From Phoronis australis (lineage: Eukaryota; Animalia; Phoronida): a stretch of DNA of 64,000 bases. The notes below the pieces were generated by a model that saw only the letters and a list, made by a program, of their open reading frames with translations, was not told the origin of the DNA and did no database searches. Below are positions 40,601 to 56,100 of this stretch, one piece after another. Position numbers and translations under genes: made by a program. Every line of letters begins with the position of its first letter. The stretch's first letter is position 1. The DNA is taken from the NCBI GenBank assembly GCA_002633005.1, contig NMRA01000634.1, positions 1 to 64,000 of the forward strand, given 5' to 3'.

Positions 40601-43600
40601 GAACACAGGGAAAGTCAGGTGACGAAGAAAGTAAGCACCATTTTTGGAAATATCAATATTTTCGACACAATTTCTTCTTCCCATGCCATTTTATCAAATG
40701 TGCCTCTGCCGAAAAGTTTATATGGTCATTTCAGAAACAATGTAAATATCAAGCAAACAAATTAAGTCATTTTAATACACGTACTGACCTAGTTTTTACT
40801 TGTCACACCCATATTTGGAAACGAGACCAGTCGTCTACCCACATGTTACAATCATTCAGAACAGACAGGCTCTTGTTAGCGTAAGTGGAAACAGACGATT
40901 GGGTTGAATTTTGGAGTGGCGTTTTTAATCGTTAGATTGTATTAACTTGGGACAGTCAATGCTTGTGAAAATCAGTGTGGAACAAAGGACAATTTTTTAA
41001 TCCAGATAAGTTTCGTAATAGCAGTTTAAACAGAACAAGTTTCAAAAACTTTGTTGAAATTTCGTTTCATTATTACATTGAAATTGATGTAAATAAAATA
41101 AAAATTGGACGTGGTTCGACAACAGATACTTTTAAATGGTTGATGTCGGCATTGCAGTAGGCTGTGTGGTCTGTTGCATGTCTTTTAAAAATTGGCAGAC
41201 TAGGCGTTTTTTTCCGACCGGTCGACGATCGGCCGCAGACTCGTTTCGGATCGACCGCATAAAATCTTGTGACCTGCAAAAACACTACTAATGAAATAAA
41301 ATAACGACTAAGGTAAAAGTTCTACTATTTAGACGAGTTTCTGGTAACATATTGTTTTTTACAGGAGATATTCGAAATTACTTTCACAAGTTTGACGGCG
41401 TTTACCTCTCCGGCGTTACTGCAATTAATACCATAAGCGACTCCCAGTTGACTATGACTTCATGCATGACTATTTGCTTGGAGGACAGCTCGTGCAAATC
41501 GACGGATTTCGATTCGTCAACTAAAACATGCTACTTGCGAAGTGGAAACAGTTTTGATGGAACTCTGACCGTGTCCAGATATTACTACCACTTTGATCTT
41601 ATCACGAGTACCCCAGGTAAGAACCTCTAACCGCTTTACATGATAGGACATGGCATCGTCTGCAACTGAGTTTTGAGTAATCGCCTCGTCGCCAAAACTA
41701 TAGACGTTTCCAGATGACATTTTGTTTTCATCCATCTCCAAGCTTGATTATCCAAAGTGATGCTTGGACTGAAAGGAAGGACCTAGTATGAGAAGGATGG
41801 GTAGGAGAAGGAAATGACGAGGTTGTGAAAGTAGTGATGTTATTTTTTGATTAGCACCTCATTAAAACTTGCAGTAGATGTCAGCTTTTGAGGTGGATGT
41901 TGTTAGGAATATCGCACCAACTATGCTGAATGAGAGTAGGACCACACATTTTCAGAAGTTGAATTTAGTTTATGAAACTATACACTGTACATCTTTAATA
42001 TTGCGACGCGAAATGAATAAAATTTCGACGTTTGACAGGCGATACGACAATTACGTCGGTAACACGATGTGAGAAACACGGCCCCTCGCATATCCGTGTC
42101 TCCGATTTTTTTCTGACATTTGCCGTCTCCACTTGAACACCTTCTTTTCGATTTCTTTTCCGTTCTTCCCATTTGGTTCAAGTTTTCCCATCTAAAAGGT
42201 TATTTCACATTGGACGATCTAGTCCGACCTCGTTTCCATGTTATTTTGCTGGTAGTAATGCATAGGTTTTAGTTAGGCAGGCATCTAGCAAGAAGAAAAT
42301 GTACATTGACAAAGGATACTGACACGGACGAAGCCGGCACATGCCGCTTCACAGGTTGAAGCGACACCTTCCTTTAAACCCATGTTCTGGGACACGCACG
42401 CATACTGTTTGAGATCCGTAAAAGGTCTCTTGTGCATGGCGATTGCTGAATGAGTTTTTTCGAAAATTTTCCACTAATTCAGGAGCGTACAATTTCTGAG
42501 TCGTGTTTTAGGGGTATGGGGAGATATTTGAGAGTCCATGTCTTCCAAAATGTCCGTCAAAATCACTACCGCCACCATTACAAGTGTTAGCACCACCCAA
42601 GCCTCTCGGCCACAAAGCCAAACTCCATTTGCAACTTGGGCATTCTGTGTTTTCATGTCGATGCGTAACAGAAATGATGTTGATAATCAAAAGCTGTTCA
42701 TTATCTAGGAACGCAGTATTAGTCATGCTGGGACTGAAACTAAAGTCTTCACACGGCAAAGCGACTAAACAGCAATCTCACCATTGCCGATAACGTCTTG
42801 ACCGTGAGCACCATCTCTAGTGTTTGAGTAATCAGGGTTTTTTGTCAGCTTAATACAGTTGCAGTGCAATGTACCATAAAACAGAGCAAGTGTAAAAGTA
42901 ATATTTTTTCACTTTCAGATCCCTTCTTTACTTGCGACACGGTGAAAAGCAGTGAAGCTGACGCTAATCAATTCTCCTGTGGAGCAATAGGTATATTCCT
43001 AAATGTATTGCATTATTGCATTCTTATGCGTTGTGAGAGTATTATTACCGTAATCCTTACCTGGAAAGGCTATCTGTAAGTACGGAGTAACTGGACAATT
43101 TGTTTATTCTGTCAGACTCTACAAGTAGGCCATCGACTAACTGTTTCAGCATGTTCGCAAATCTATACATGGGTTTCAACCATTCGACTGTTTTCGTCTT
43201 TGTTCAGATACTTGATACGCAATTCTTGACTTTTAGGATACCCGGGACCAATATTTTCAATAATTCTCAATATTCACTAGAAATGCATTTGAATTGCAAT
43301 TTGATACTTTCGTTTCATACTACCAAAGCAATGTGAGATCCAAATGTCTTTTAACTTGCATTTCAGCCACGTGGATGGATCACTTCACTTACGTTCAAAC
43401 CGCAATATTGTCGGGTTACAATGATGAATTGCCAAACAGCGACAAAAACGCGTGTCTGAAGCAATGTCACAACTCTGCCAGCTGTAAAACTATCGACTAT
43501 TACGACAACGCAGGTAAAAATTTCAACGATTGATGGTTTAGCCACTTTATTTCGGCAGGGTTCCATGACTTAAGTTATTCGACACATTACGTGATCTTGA

Positions 43601-46600
43601 AAGACCAATCCTTTCCGTCAGTGATTAGTGAGCGCACTGGGTGTTGTGTTTCTGCTATTATCATTTGCCCTCATCCACGGTCAACTTCAGATAACATTTT
43701 CACCTCCTCTATCCGTTTATTACACTTCGGCTAACCGGAAATAGCAGAAACACCCAACGCCATCTTCGTTCCCTTGGAAGAACTGTTACATTTTGACCCT
43801 TGTGGATTCTCTGTTCAGGAGAAAAAAACATTGAGACACGACTCGTAAAAAATTATTACGTTCGCGATAGCTAACCAGGTACATCAATTAGTCTATACTT
43901 ATTTCATGAAGGGTTATTAATAAAAACAAAATCTGGGAAACTACTTGAACATTTTTCTAAGGCAGGAGTGATGGAAATAGTCTATGAATCATCTTTCTGT
44001 TTTATTCTGATATGATGTAAAACTTAAAGAGTTTCATTTTAGACTATAGAATGGAATCATAAGTTGTAAATCTTTTTTACATAAAATTATAGTCAAGGAC
44101 TCGGATACATGCTCTTTTTGTGAAGAGGAATCTGAAGACCCAATTTTATCTTTATTTTTTTTGGCCTCGTACCAAATACTTTTTGCATTCGTTTGAATTG
44201 TGTTTTTAGACAAACATCTGTAGTGCTTAATTTAACTCTTTTTGTGAAAACTGGCTAACGCAATTAAATTTCACATATATAAAACAATGCTAAAGAATTT
44301 AACCCTCGGTTTAGATCGACCAAAATAGAAGTTCTAGATTATTTTAAAGTTTGATTTTTATAAAACAGTAAATTTGTTGAGTTTGAAAATAGGTGGAACG
44401 TATGAAACGTTTATTCATCCTCAAGGCCATCGGCCCACAGTACCTAATATCAGCCAGAACAATAAAATAGAGTGAATAGGTTTGCGCATGTGTAGTAGTT
44501 TCAATCGTCAAGTAGTTTTAGTCTTAAAACAGAAGCATGATATACAAATTTGATTAGGTTTTTAAGCTAAAAACTTGAAATAGATGAACTCTTTTAGATT
44601 CACTTTTTATCTAAACGTCTTCACATCTAATCTCTGTGCAAATGTGAGGTTTGTATGTGGTGTGAATGGTATATCTCTTATCTGTGTTGGTGTACAAGCA
44701 TAACTGTTGTCATCTTTACTCACTACAATGTGAATTATGGATACACTCTAATAAACATTAAAAAATAGTAAAATGCTGCATAATTTCATTTTTGAACGTT
44801 CTAAATAGAAACCATTAACGTGATTGAACTCGAGTTTTCTTATTTTACTAAGTGTTTGCTAGGACTATCTAGTTAGCCTAATACATCTAAAGTAACAAAA
44901 TCCCGTTGAAGTTAGGCTTTAAAGAATCTTTGCGGCATTTGATGGATGTATTACCACAGAACCGACAGCGGGTGATAATGAATTACAGACTGATTGGAAT
45001 GCCGCTGTGCCCCATAGTGGCAAATTTTGCATTTGCCTCTGTATGTTCGGAGTTCATAAATGGGTTTCGTGAAACTCAGGTAATAGTTTTCTGTTATGGA
45101 AGCACTTGTGCTTTCCATTTTCCCACGGATTTGGCGTATTTTGCTCCATTTTCGTTGTTTTTAGTCCGTTTTTGCCATCGCCTCTGTATTTACCGAACCG
45201 CCGAAGGATTAATATGAGAATCGGTATTATTTTTAATTATGAGGAAAGTATAGCTAACTGTCGGTCAGGTGCGGCTGCTGTGGCACTCCAGAATGACAAC
45301 GCTGATTTTTGTTTGCGTCCAGAGCTGCATTTCCTTAATCCTTTGCAGGATCTAGTGAAATTGTGTCAAGTGTTTTTCTATGAGTGTGACAACAGTAGAC
45401 CGCGTAGGATACAGGGATCTAACTACTGCTTGTGACAATTTTAGTTTTTACATTTGCCTCTGTATTTTTGGCGGTACTTGACAGTTTTTTATGAAATTTT
45501 ACGTATGGGTTTCTCTTATGTGATGACCGAACCTTTCGGTGTGGAAACAGATTTGGAGTAATTTACGCCACCTTGTGGGCGCTCCTGACTCTATTTGTGT
45601 CGTCTGTCTGAAAACTGGCAGATACCTGTATGTACTCCCTAACGTTGACTTTCGGGTGGCTCCGATCACTGCGGTGTCCACTACTAGCATTTTTGCATCT
45701 GCGATTGTGTCTTCTACACTCCGCACTAGATGTTTCTGAAGTTTGACGAGTGTATTCACATTTACTTGACAACAGTTGGGCGAATCCCGATTAGACCTCT
45801 GCCTGCCTGTTTTTTTTACATGAGTTCCTTGACAGCTTTTCCTGAAATGTGACATATAGATTCCTGGTAGAGAGACGACGACTCCTTTCATTTTTCGGAC
45901 TGGTTTAACGCATTCTGCGCCATCTGGGGAGCAATTTTGATACTCATTAACACCATGGAAGCTTGACATTTGCCGTGCAATCGTGGACGCTTTTCAAAAC
46001 TTCGCGTTGCCCTTGTTTACGTTTACCTCTGTGTCTTCGATGTTATTCAATAATTTAATGTTCATGAAATGTTGCAAATGGGTTTTTATTAAGGAGGCAA
46101 CGAAACCTCTTTGTTTTGGGATCGATTTCAAGTATTCTGTCAGGTGTATTTCTTATCAGAAGATCATTAATTTGCGGACAACTCCAACTATTGTGGCGCA
46201 CCCTAATGGCATTTTTGCGTCTGCGGCTTCTTCTTCTACACCCCTTGCAGGATCTTTGTTAAATGAATTTGTATTTTTATGAATGTGACAACGGATGACG
46301 ACAACTTATGTGGAGTTAGGGACAAATCCCAATTCTGTGCTGTCCCCTAATGGCAAATTTGGTTTTCTTTGCGTTTCCTTTGATATCTACAGAGATTGTT
46401 GATGCGTCTTCTTTAAATTTGGCAAAAAGTAACCATCACGTAGGCGAGAGCACCTGCATGTTGGGGATTGATTTGATTTGTGTGCTCCCACTAGTGGCAT
46501 TTTTAATATTTTTGCTGTCTGTTCGTTGTCGTGCGCTTCTTGATCCTCCAAACACCTTGACGAATTTTACAAAAGGCGAAATGAGTGTTCCTATGAAGGA

Positions 46601-47890
46601 GATCATTAGTGACTGGGTTTGCCCCCTACAAGCTACTGGATTATATTGTTCCCTTCACTGGGAATTTCTTTGTATTTGTACTTAGTAAAAATGCAGATCC
46701 CTGGTTATACTGAATATACATTTTACCGAGCTCCAGTGTACATGTAAGTGCTGTTCCCTGGCGTGTATTTATTATCCAAATAACAAGAGGAAGTGACGGG
46801 AATTGCACCTGTCCTACTCGATATTGAACCTAATCTCTGTCGGTCATTCATGTTTCCTCAATGGAAATGAGAGCAGAACCAAGATAATGAGCCCTTTACG
46901 TCATTTTCTGTTGTTGCGAGGATAGCAATAACAAGAGACCAATTCATTAACACAAAAAGTACTTCCAACATAACCAGATATCTGTGGATTTGCTATAGGC
47001 CACATCAAAACAGTTGCTTCCCATTTTGAAGGCGATGAATTGTTTGAAGCTGCTTGCAAATGCACGTTATCAATACTGCTTTTCATTTTTTTTCCAGCTA
47101 AAACTTTCATATGCCACATAAGTTACTCAGATCGCTTTGCAGTATCGGCATACCTAGCGGACAGCGCGTATTTCGAGCATTTTATTTTTGACAGTTATCG
47201 AGGTAAGTATCATTGTTATTATGTATGTGTCAGTTACCTGGCTCCTCACGCTTTGCATAAATTTTATTACATGTATTATGTATAAGTCCTTCCACAGTCT
47301 TTTCGGAACCTAGTGACTTTTGACTCCGATTGGATATTGCAACGCCTCTCATCAGTCAACGTTGTTGACACATAACCACACATTCCCATTGCCCAAATAT
47401 AATGCTTGAGGTGATACTGCAGTTGTCACGCGCCTAGATACATGTATGTGCTCTCTCACATAACATCCTGATCACCTCGGGTATTTTCGTGGCTTCAAAT
47501 TTTCTCTCAGAGGTGAACGTTGTCTGCACATGAGCGAAGTTCAGTCATACATCATTGTCTTTCAAACTGTAGGACGATTAACCGTGTGACTAAAGTTCGC
47601 ATATGCACAAAACACCCGACGTTTTCCGAAAGATACATCTTCCGAAAAACCTCTAGTATTTTCGCATCCCTTGGATGTGTTTCATGTCAGCTTAGGTGCC
47701 AACTTAAATCTTGACAGCAAGTCATGTGACTCCCGAAATGGAAAATGACATCAATGCTCTGGGATTCCCAAGTGATAAAAGGCTTAAAAAGCTTGGTTGA
47801 AGTCGTACCTATCTCTTGCCCGAATCCATCGACTATAATGACGAAGACAGAAGACAATTCCGCAGGTGTTGCGGATGCGTTTACACACAT

Positions 47891-47964
<74 letters not shown>

Positions 47965-50900
47965 ACGCACACACACACACACCAGTACGTACACGAGACA
48001 AGTTTTGTTGAACACTACATTCTATTTGTTTTAATAGCCTTAGGCCTAATAGATAATAACGCTCTAAGTGGAAGCAGGCTTATCTCGCGTTAGGCGTCCG
48101 TAAAAGCTGACCAAGGCTCATGGCAGAGAGGAAACACACAAAAAGTCATTGTTACAGGTTTCACATTCAAATCACATAACGAGAATACCAACAATAGTCC
48201 GGTACTTCGTCTGTCATGAGACGTCTTCGGGGAAGATCCATCAGCGGTGATCACGAACAAAATATCATACATACGTACGCGCATGAATGCATACTTACAT
48301 ACATACATGCATACATACATGTACATACAGTGTACATAGATACATGTCGAACCCCCTATAAAGGCATGGTAGAAGAGTTATGTCAAACACCACGTGAAAA
48401 AAATTGATCTACGACCGCAGGGCCAGTTGTCTTCTGGTTTGGTTAATGGCAACGGCATTCATATAGTAACGCTCAGTACCAGAATAAGGTGCTTAATGGC
48501 AGGAAATGACTTTTGGGGGAGACAGTGTGTCATGGTGGGTTGAGTGTCCACCTTCCCCTTCTCAAGGTCATGAGTTCAAATCCCAATGGACACCACTAGC
48601 TGCTAGACCATTGATTAGGGTCTCCAGCTCCTCAACTCGGTCGTAATGTATGCATTTGTGTTTTTGTGTTATATGTGTAAATTGATAAACGAAAACTGGT
48701 ATTGGGTGGATGGTAAAATATGGATCTGGCTGAGCGCTCTGCACACGTCTAATGCAACAAGTGTCAGACCAACAGCATTAGAATTTAAATTACTTCTGAC
48801 TTTGAGGGCGCCATTCACATTCGTTACAACTTAGGAATTGTCAAGTGTTACTGGATGTATTTTTTGCTGTTAAAGATACAATGCCTCTTTAAATTGCGGA
48901 TATGCAAATGAAGTACTAGTTTACAAACAACCGCGGTTCTTCTGGTGTGCTGGAAACCACACAAGGACCAGTTACCATTACATTGTCCCGAAAGTCTCGT
49001 TTTGCGGGTCTATTTATATGTAAATGAATATGGTAATATGTCATCGTTACCCTAATATTTGGAATTACTAGGGTTTCTATATGTTAAGATTTGTTTTTAT
49101 GTATATCAGTTGTGGTGTTTTCTTTAAAACCCCATGTTATTCGCAAGTTGTTTCTTTTCCTGATTATACTTGTACACAGAGTTTTCCAGGAAGTTACAAG
49201 GTGGCGGTTGCTTTAAATTTAAATATTCACGGTTTTAACGAGACATAGAATTTTAAGATAAATGGTTAAACATCACTTGTATACTACCTCCCGTTATTAC
49301 GCTTAAATGTACATGTACATATTCCAGCAACGTATAACTTCAGAATCAATGCTATTTTTAAAATGCTGCTATTGAAATTGGTCAGTTTCACTAGAAGATA
49401 TTCTGTCACTGTTCATCAGGAAATTACGTGAAGGACTCATTTCGGAAGACAGCTGGACATGTAATCACGAACACCAACTTTGCCAGTTATTCAAGCAAAA
49501 CAGCGGAGGAGTGCATGCAACTGTGTTTTGACAATCCTACCTGCAAATCGATTGATCACGATCCCGTGTCTGGAACTTGTCATCTGTCAACTGTATCTCG
49601 GCACAGCGACTCCGTGCTTTTCTCAACGCACTCGTACGATTACTACGAGTTCATCGGCAGGCGAGGTAAGGGATGGTCTTCTGAATAATTTTCAGTAATT
49701 TTTGCGTCGAGATTGCATAAGGCAGTAAAGTGATTAAAATGCCCTCGCTTTTGACGAGATGCTGTGGGTTCATTATTGAAGCTAAATGCCCTCGTTTTAA
49801 AAGAATCTGAATAAAGACGAGTTGGACCTTCCGTAAGGTACACTTTGCCGAGGTACACTTCAGATAAGGTTACCTTACGCCTTGCACCATTTTGGAAGCG
49901 TCCTCAATTCTTTCAGATGGGTGCAAAGTTCACGTTACACGTAGGTCTAAATACTTACATTATAATATTGAAATCATGCATTAATTTGTTTTCTTCAATT
50001 TTCGATCCACAGATTTTAACGGCAAAACAACGACCGTTCAGTGGGTTTCGTTGTTCTTTATTAAGATGTCGCATTGAAATAGCGATGCTCGCCCGTCCAG
50101 TTCATTTTGGTAAATAAAAAATGACAAATATGGCAGCATTTTGAACAGGAAAACACGTTTGCCGTTCTCTCTATTTACCTTTTATTGAATCTACAAATAC
50201 TTCAGATTATTATCTCATCCACCTGTACTTACAGCCTATCCCACAGACTGCTCATGCAGCGGCTGTGCTTCTTACGACTACCTGAACGATGTGACCGGCT
50301 GCAGATGCCACGCTTCCGACAATTGGGGAATGGTTCTCTGTTGTCACGCTAAAAGCTTGAGAAGACCTCGTAAGTGTACAAAACAAAGTTGTAGGTCGAC
50401 AACAGCGTTTGACCCGTACAACTCTAAATTAGAAACTAGCTATCTGACTTGACCATTTTCACAAAACTGAGGTCACGAGAAAAAATGACATAGCAACGAT
50501 GAACTCTCAAAGGTTTTAGACTACCAGAGACTCCCACGTACCGATTTCACTATAAATCAGTAAGGCTTCTCGAAATACATTTTCTGAAAGTTTATTAAAG
50601 ACCGCGACAGAAAATCTAATAAAGACCTTGCCTATCTAAACTGAGTTTTCAAATTAGCTTGTCAGTCAATTCGAAGACACGCCCACCGATTTCACTGAAA
50701 CTGAATGAGTCTTCACGCTAAAGATGCGCTCCAAAAGCCCTAATATTCATATGGATCGCACTCTAAACGGACACGACACAAAATATAATCCGTCAGCATG
50801 CCGGTTTTAGGGCATACGCGGACATCTTCCTTCTGATAATTGTGGTTGTCCCCCATTACGACACCTTGGATCTGAAAGTGCGCTAACACAGGACAATCAA

Positions 50901-53091
50901 CTCTGACCTAGAGGTTTTTTTGGACAGATGTGTTTAATTCAGTATACGAATTTTATCATTTATCGCTTACATATACGTCACAAGGTTCGGAAATTTACCA
51001 ACCTTTATGGCTTACTTCTAATATCTTGATTGGTCACAAACCTGCTTACATTCGATCCTTTTATGAAAAAGGCGTAAGATTTGTTTGTGATTTATATAAT
51101 GAGAATAGACAACTTTTATCTTTGAACATGTCAATCTCAATATGGGGTGGGAAATATGTTGCAAACATTTAAGTAGTGTCTACACGCCTCACCACGTGAT
51201 CTAATGAATATAAGTCCGAAAAAATTTCTACCTCGGAAGGGGTTACATCTCTTATTTTACACTCAATTCTCCACAAAATTCAACTTCAGGATTTCTTTCT
51301 TAACCTTTTTACAGCTTACGGCAAGGTGTTATACAGTTACTTAAATGCAATGAGATGAATAATTTTGAACAAAACTCCCACTATTCCCAATGGTGCTACA
51401 AAGTATGACACGTGATAAGAAGGGAATTCGAACTTTTTACGAGAATTTTTTGAAATTTTATATAAAAGCCCAAAATTTTGATCAAGATGGGAAGCTGATT
51501 TTGTAATTGAAAAGTCCGAATCTGAGTGGCGATATATTTTACGTAGCGCTTTTGACTTTATCCCTGTCAATGACATACGCTTAAAGTGGATGCAGATGAG
51601 AATTGTCCACAGAATAATAGGAACAAACAAACTGTTGTTACAAATAGGAGCTAGTGATTCCGGTCTATGTAGCTTCTGTCATGCGAGGTCAGAGTAAATT
51701 GCTCTTTGTTTTTTGACATATCTTTCGCGAAATCTTCTGACAAAAATATCGGTTTCGTGTGTGCGTGTGTGTGAAACTTATGAATGTGCATCAGTCAACT
51801 CTAGATGTACTGGTTACCGGTGATACATGTCTGTAAGGACTTGTTTATGATATGTGATCAAGTACTTGGTTATCTAACAAAGTTGGAGTGAAAAAAAAAG
51901 AAATTAATAGGTTTCCGTGATGTATATACGTTACCATAATCAGAAAGTTTGGTGAATTTTTTCCTAGGAAACAAAATCAGACAAAAGTCATCTCCAACAA
52001 ATCTCTGTTGACAACAATGAAGTCCTGCCGTGTCCTTACTGGCCAGTCTCAATCTGAAAGCGCGCGCGTGTGTGTGCGTGTGTGCGTAATTTTGTTTCCG
52101 ATGCATTGTCATAGGTATGTGGTCTCAAATGCGACAGCGTCGCGCTAAACGTGGGCTAAATACCGGGAAAGCAGTTGTCCTGTAATAACTACATGTATAC
52201 AAGAAATGTCCTCTTACAGCTTGTAAACCCGGCACCTACTCGCCCACGGGTTACCATGGCAGCATTCGCTGTTCACCTTGCTCAGCTGGGACCTTTTCTT
52301 CCAACACCGGAAGTACGGAGTGCCAAAAGTGTCCCGCAGGTAGGTTGGACAATACTCTTCCATTTAGATTATTTACAGTTTAATGTTGTACCGTTAAGAC
52401 ATTTGTAGTTGTTCGGCATAAAGCAAAGCGTTACATAAAATGTATCTTAAACCAAGTCTGCGCTCGTTGGAACGGTACTGCTCTCAAACAAAGCCCAGAA
52501 ATAATAGCTTAAAGTAACCGAACGTAGTATGGGCTTTCCATGCCTCTTTAAGAAGATAGTGTTCATGATAATTTTGTTCCTTGTCAGGTTATTACTCGGC
52601 TCAAGGTCAGGCACAGTGTACGCCTTGCGACCACGGCTCCATTAGCAACATCTCTCGCATTACATGTGAACCGTGTCCGTCTGGCTACACGTCTCTTCTG
52701 GGAGAGTGTGCAGGTAATGGCAAATATCCAACGTGCAGCTCTTTAACGGGACATTATCGGCTTTACGGTCGGGATTATTGTTAGGAGTTGTTAGCTTTGG
52801 CCAGAGCTATAAAATTGCAAATACGATGCTAGCAGTTGTCTGCCAGACAGGCCGAAAGCAAGGCCGGTGACTTCGCTAACTAAATATTCTTACAATACTC
52901 CGTCATTTATCGAGTGGGGTTTAGTTGCGTCAGCAGAGATTTTGACTGCTACTATAGGGTTTTGAAGATTCGATCAGGTTTATCAGAAAATCACCAGGTG
53001 TTGAGAGCACAAACGCCACTTCTGCTTCACTCAAATTCTAATTCAGGTGTGTTGACGATGGCGAGGCGCAATTTCTTTCATTCGTACACGC

Positions 53092-53125
<34 letters not shown>

Positions 53126-56100
53126 CAGGAGCTTGCTGCATGCTGATGATTCAGCTCTGGTACGCCTATGGTTAAACATGGACTTTTAAAAGGATAGAGA
53201 AAAGACTAACGACGTAGTTCTAACAATTATTTATTTATTTGCTTATAGTACTTACACAGTAGATGGAAATGGAAACCTTAAGTGAGATATTATGAAATGT
53301 ATCTCATTGAATGTATATGATGTATTAATTTCACCATTCGTCGTTTTAATTGCTTACTCGCTTTTGTATAGAACACTTTCAAAATTACCGCATAAGACCA
53401 GATGTTGTTTCTGCTGAGGTGTCGTACTTGCTACCAGAAACCACGACGTCGTCGGCTGAGGCATGTCGTCAATACTGCGAGCACAGTGTCACGTGTGTAG
53501 GTTTCACATATAACACCGCAACTGGAGCATGTTCTCCGAAGAAATACATTGGAACAGACACCAAACCGCTCACAAATGGGACAAGTCTGTACGACACAGC
53601 AGGTAAGATCTTCTGCCACCTAGTGACCGTCTTACTAGTGATGAAAACTTATGATGTCAAGATATTGTACCGTTTGCATTAGTGTAAATCTATGGGCGAA
53701 GGTTTTTCACCCTTACGCTGTTTCAAGTATCCCCACTAAAAACAGTGGAACAAAACACTCTAGATTCTAAAAATGGATTGAAATGTACTTAGACACCTGC
53801 TCGATTTTTGGAAGGGGTGAAACTGAATTTTTCGTCAAGTTTAAATTTTGCGTTTACAAGTAGTAACTCTGTTTCTAGAAACACTACCAACATGAAAATG
53901 GTTCCAATGATCAACAAATCTTATCTTTGATTCAGAAACGAAGTAAATGCAATTCGTAGCCTTACACGTAGTGCAAATCTAAAAGAGCTCAGCCAGTCAA
54001 GCAATTACCGGTTTCCGCTGAAATTGAAGGGGGTAAATACTTAAACCTGAAAATATTACCAAAGCATTCACAAAAATTGCTTGAAGTTCAATTAAATTCT
54101 AACCAAAGCGAATTTTAAGATTATCGCCAATGCAGTCGGTTGCTCCAAAGGACAACTTGAAGCAAAAATTCACAAAATTGCCTGTTTTCACTCAAAAAAA
54201 CCTTCTTAAGCTCGAGATTGAAGTAATCGAATAGATATTGCACTCTGACTACCAAACCGCCCGAAGTTCTAAGATTTGTTGAATAGTAGGAATCCACTAT
54301 GTCGACCATTGCTGTGCAACTATTTTTCAATACGATTTTGTTCTGCAAACTTCGCTGAGGCGGCACTGATTCAGCCACCCGAAGAATCCAAACGATTATA
54401 TCGTGCACCGCTTCAAACGTGTCTGTTTTAAGAAAAACGACGTTTTGGTCGAGGCTACATTTGTTCTGCTATTTTCGCTTTCGCGCCTGATCTCTGTTTT
54501 GTTGTGAATTGACGTATTTATCTCCCATGTCACGCTCTGCGATGGGATATGAAGTCATTCATTGGCGGATATTGTAATATGATGCAAACATTTTTTTCAT
54601 TTTTGTGACACCGGTGTTCAGAAACTTATTCCTGGTGTAATCGAATTTGTAATCCCATACGACGGTTCTAAGATGTCGTAAGGCGGAGCATCTACTATTT
54701 TCGACCAAAAATGTTGGCATTACCACAAAAGTTGGCATGCCTGCATTTTTGTTTGGATCTGTGTAACTCTGCTTTTTCAAGCAGTTGACAAGATTTGCTT
54801 TGTGATGTTTATGGCTAAATCGCAATCAAGGTCCATATTCGAGAGTTGACTGTGTTACGGTCTAATAATTTTTTTTGGTAACTTACCAAACTCCGACTGA
54901 ATCTCATATGCAAAGAGTTCTTTAGTTGTGCAAATTAAAAAATCAATCATCAAAATCGGACAATGTTTGAGAAATTTATGTATGTTTTTGTCTATGAATT
55001 TCATGCATTGTTAGCGTTACGAGTGGCCATTTTAAAAATTACAATTTTCAATTGTCAACAGTAGAAAAGAAATTTATTTTATCAAGTAAGCAATTGCTTA
55101 GATATGACTGGGAATAACTTAGATGAAGTTGTGCTTAATCATTGAGAAATGGTAAGGTTCATCATAAACCAGGCACTCGTTACGGAAATTGTGAATTCTG
55201 TGTTTCTAACCCTCACCTACTGTAAAGAAGGTTAAAAACTAAAGTTCAAACTCTGTCATAAAAAGAACTGCCTAGGTAACACAGCAAATTGTTCAACATC
55301 TAAATAAACCAAAAGTTTGGATATTGACTGGGCTCTGCTATGTTGAAAATTCGCCAAAAAGGCTAACGAAAAGGCTACGTACCCCCATGTGCAATTCAGT
55401 AACACAAATGGTTATTGCCAATGAAATTATTGCCTTTTAAATAACAATATATCATCAAAGAAAAATAAATGGCCATACAACATTATGTTACCATGTGATG
55501 CAAAAACAGTGATGTAGTGTACGTACGTACCCCCTCCCCCATGTAGTTTACGTACCCCCATGTTTACAAATTCCATGAAATTAAAATATCACTTGGTAAG
55601 TGAGCAACACTGGTCGTAGACAGTTTTCTTCCTCAAAAATGTTACGTTAAAAGGGGGTTTATTACAATTACATTTGTTTTGAGTGAAATATTAGCATTTG
55701 CGTAGTGTACGTACCCCTATATTTTATTTTGTGCCTATTTTCAAAGTACAGCAGATATGCACATGAATGCTGTGTTTTTTATGTTTTCTCTTTGAATTGA
55801 TTTAGTAAATCAACTAATTCTCAGTAGATTCTTAGTATTTAGTTACAAACCTGACATGTCATTGAAATGTAGTGTACGTAACCCTATGCAGTGTACTTAC
55901 TCCGATGTGAACAAATGCCGTGAAACAAAAATATTACTCGGTAAGTAAGCAACATTTGTCACAGACAGTTTCCTCCATTAAAAATGCTAGGTTAAAAGGG
56001 TGTTAATTACATATACATTTGTTTTGAGTGAAATATTAGCATTTGTGTAGTGTACGTACTCCTATATTTTAACATGTGCCTGTCAAAGAATGATAGACAG

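Noticed and set aside
47687-48034. ORFs with poly-(HT) or poly-(CV) tracts
   Set aside because: Translations of a (CA)n microsatellite.
48525-48645. tRNA- or SINE-like segment with B-box GAGTTCAAATCCC
   Set aside because: No cloverleaf and no clear A-box; at most a decayed tRNA-derived SINE head.
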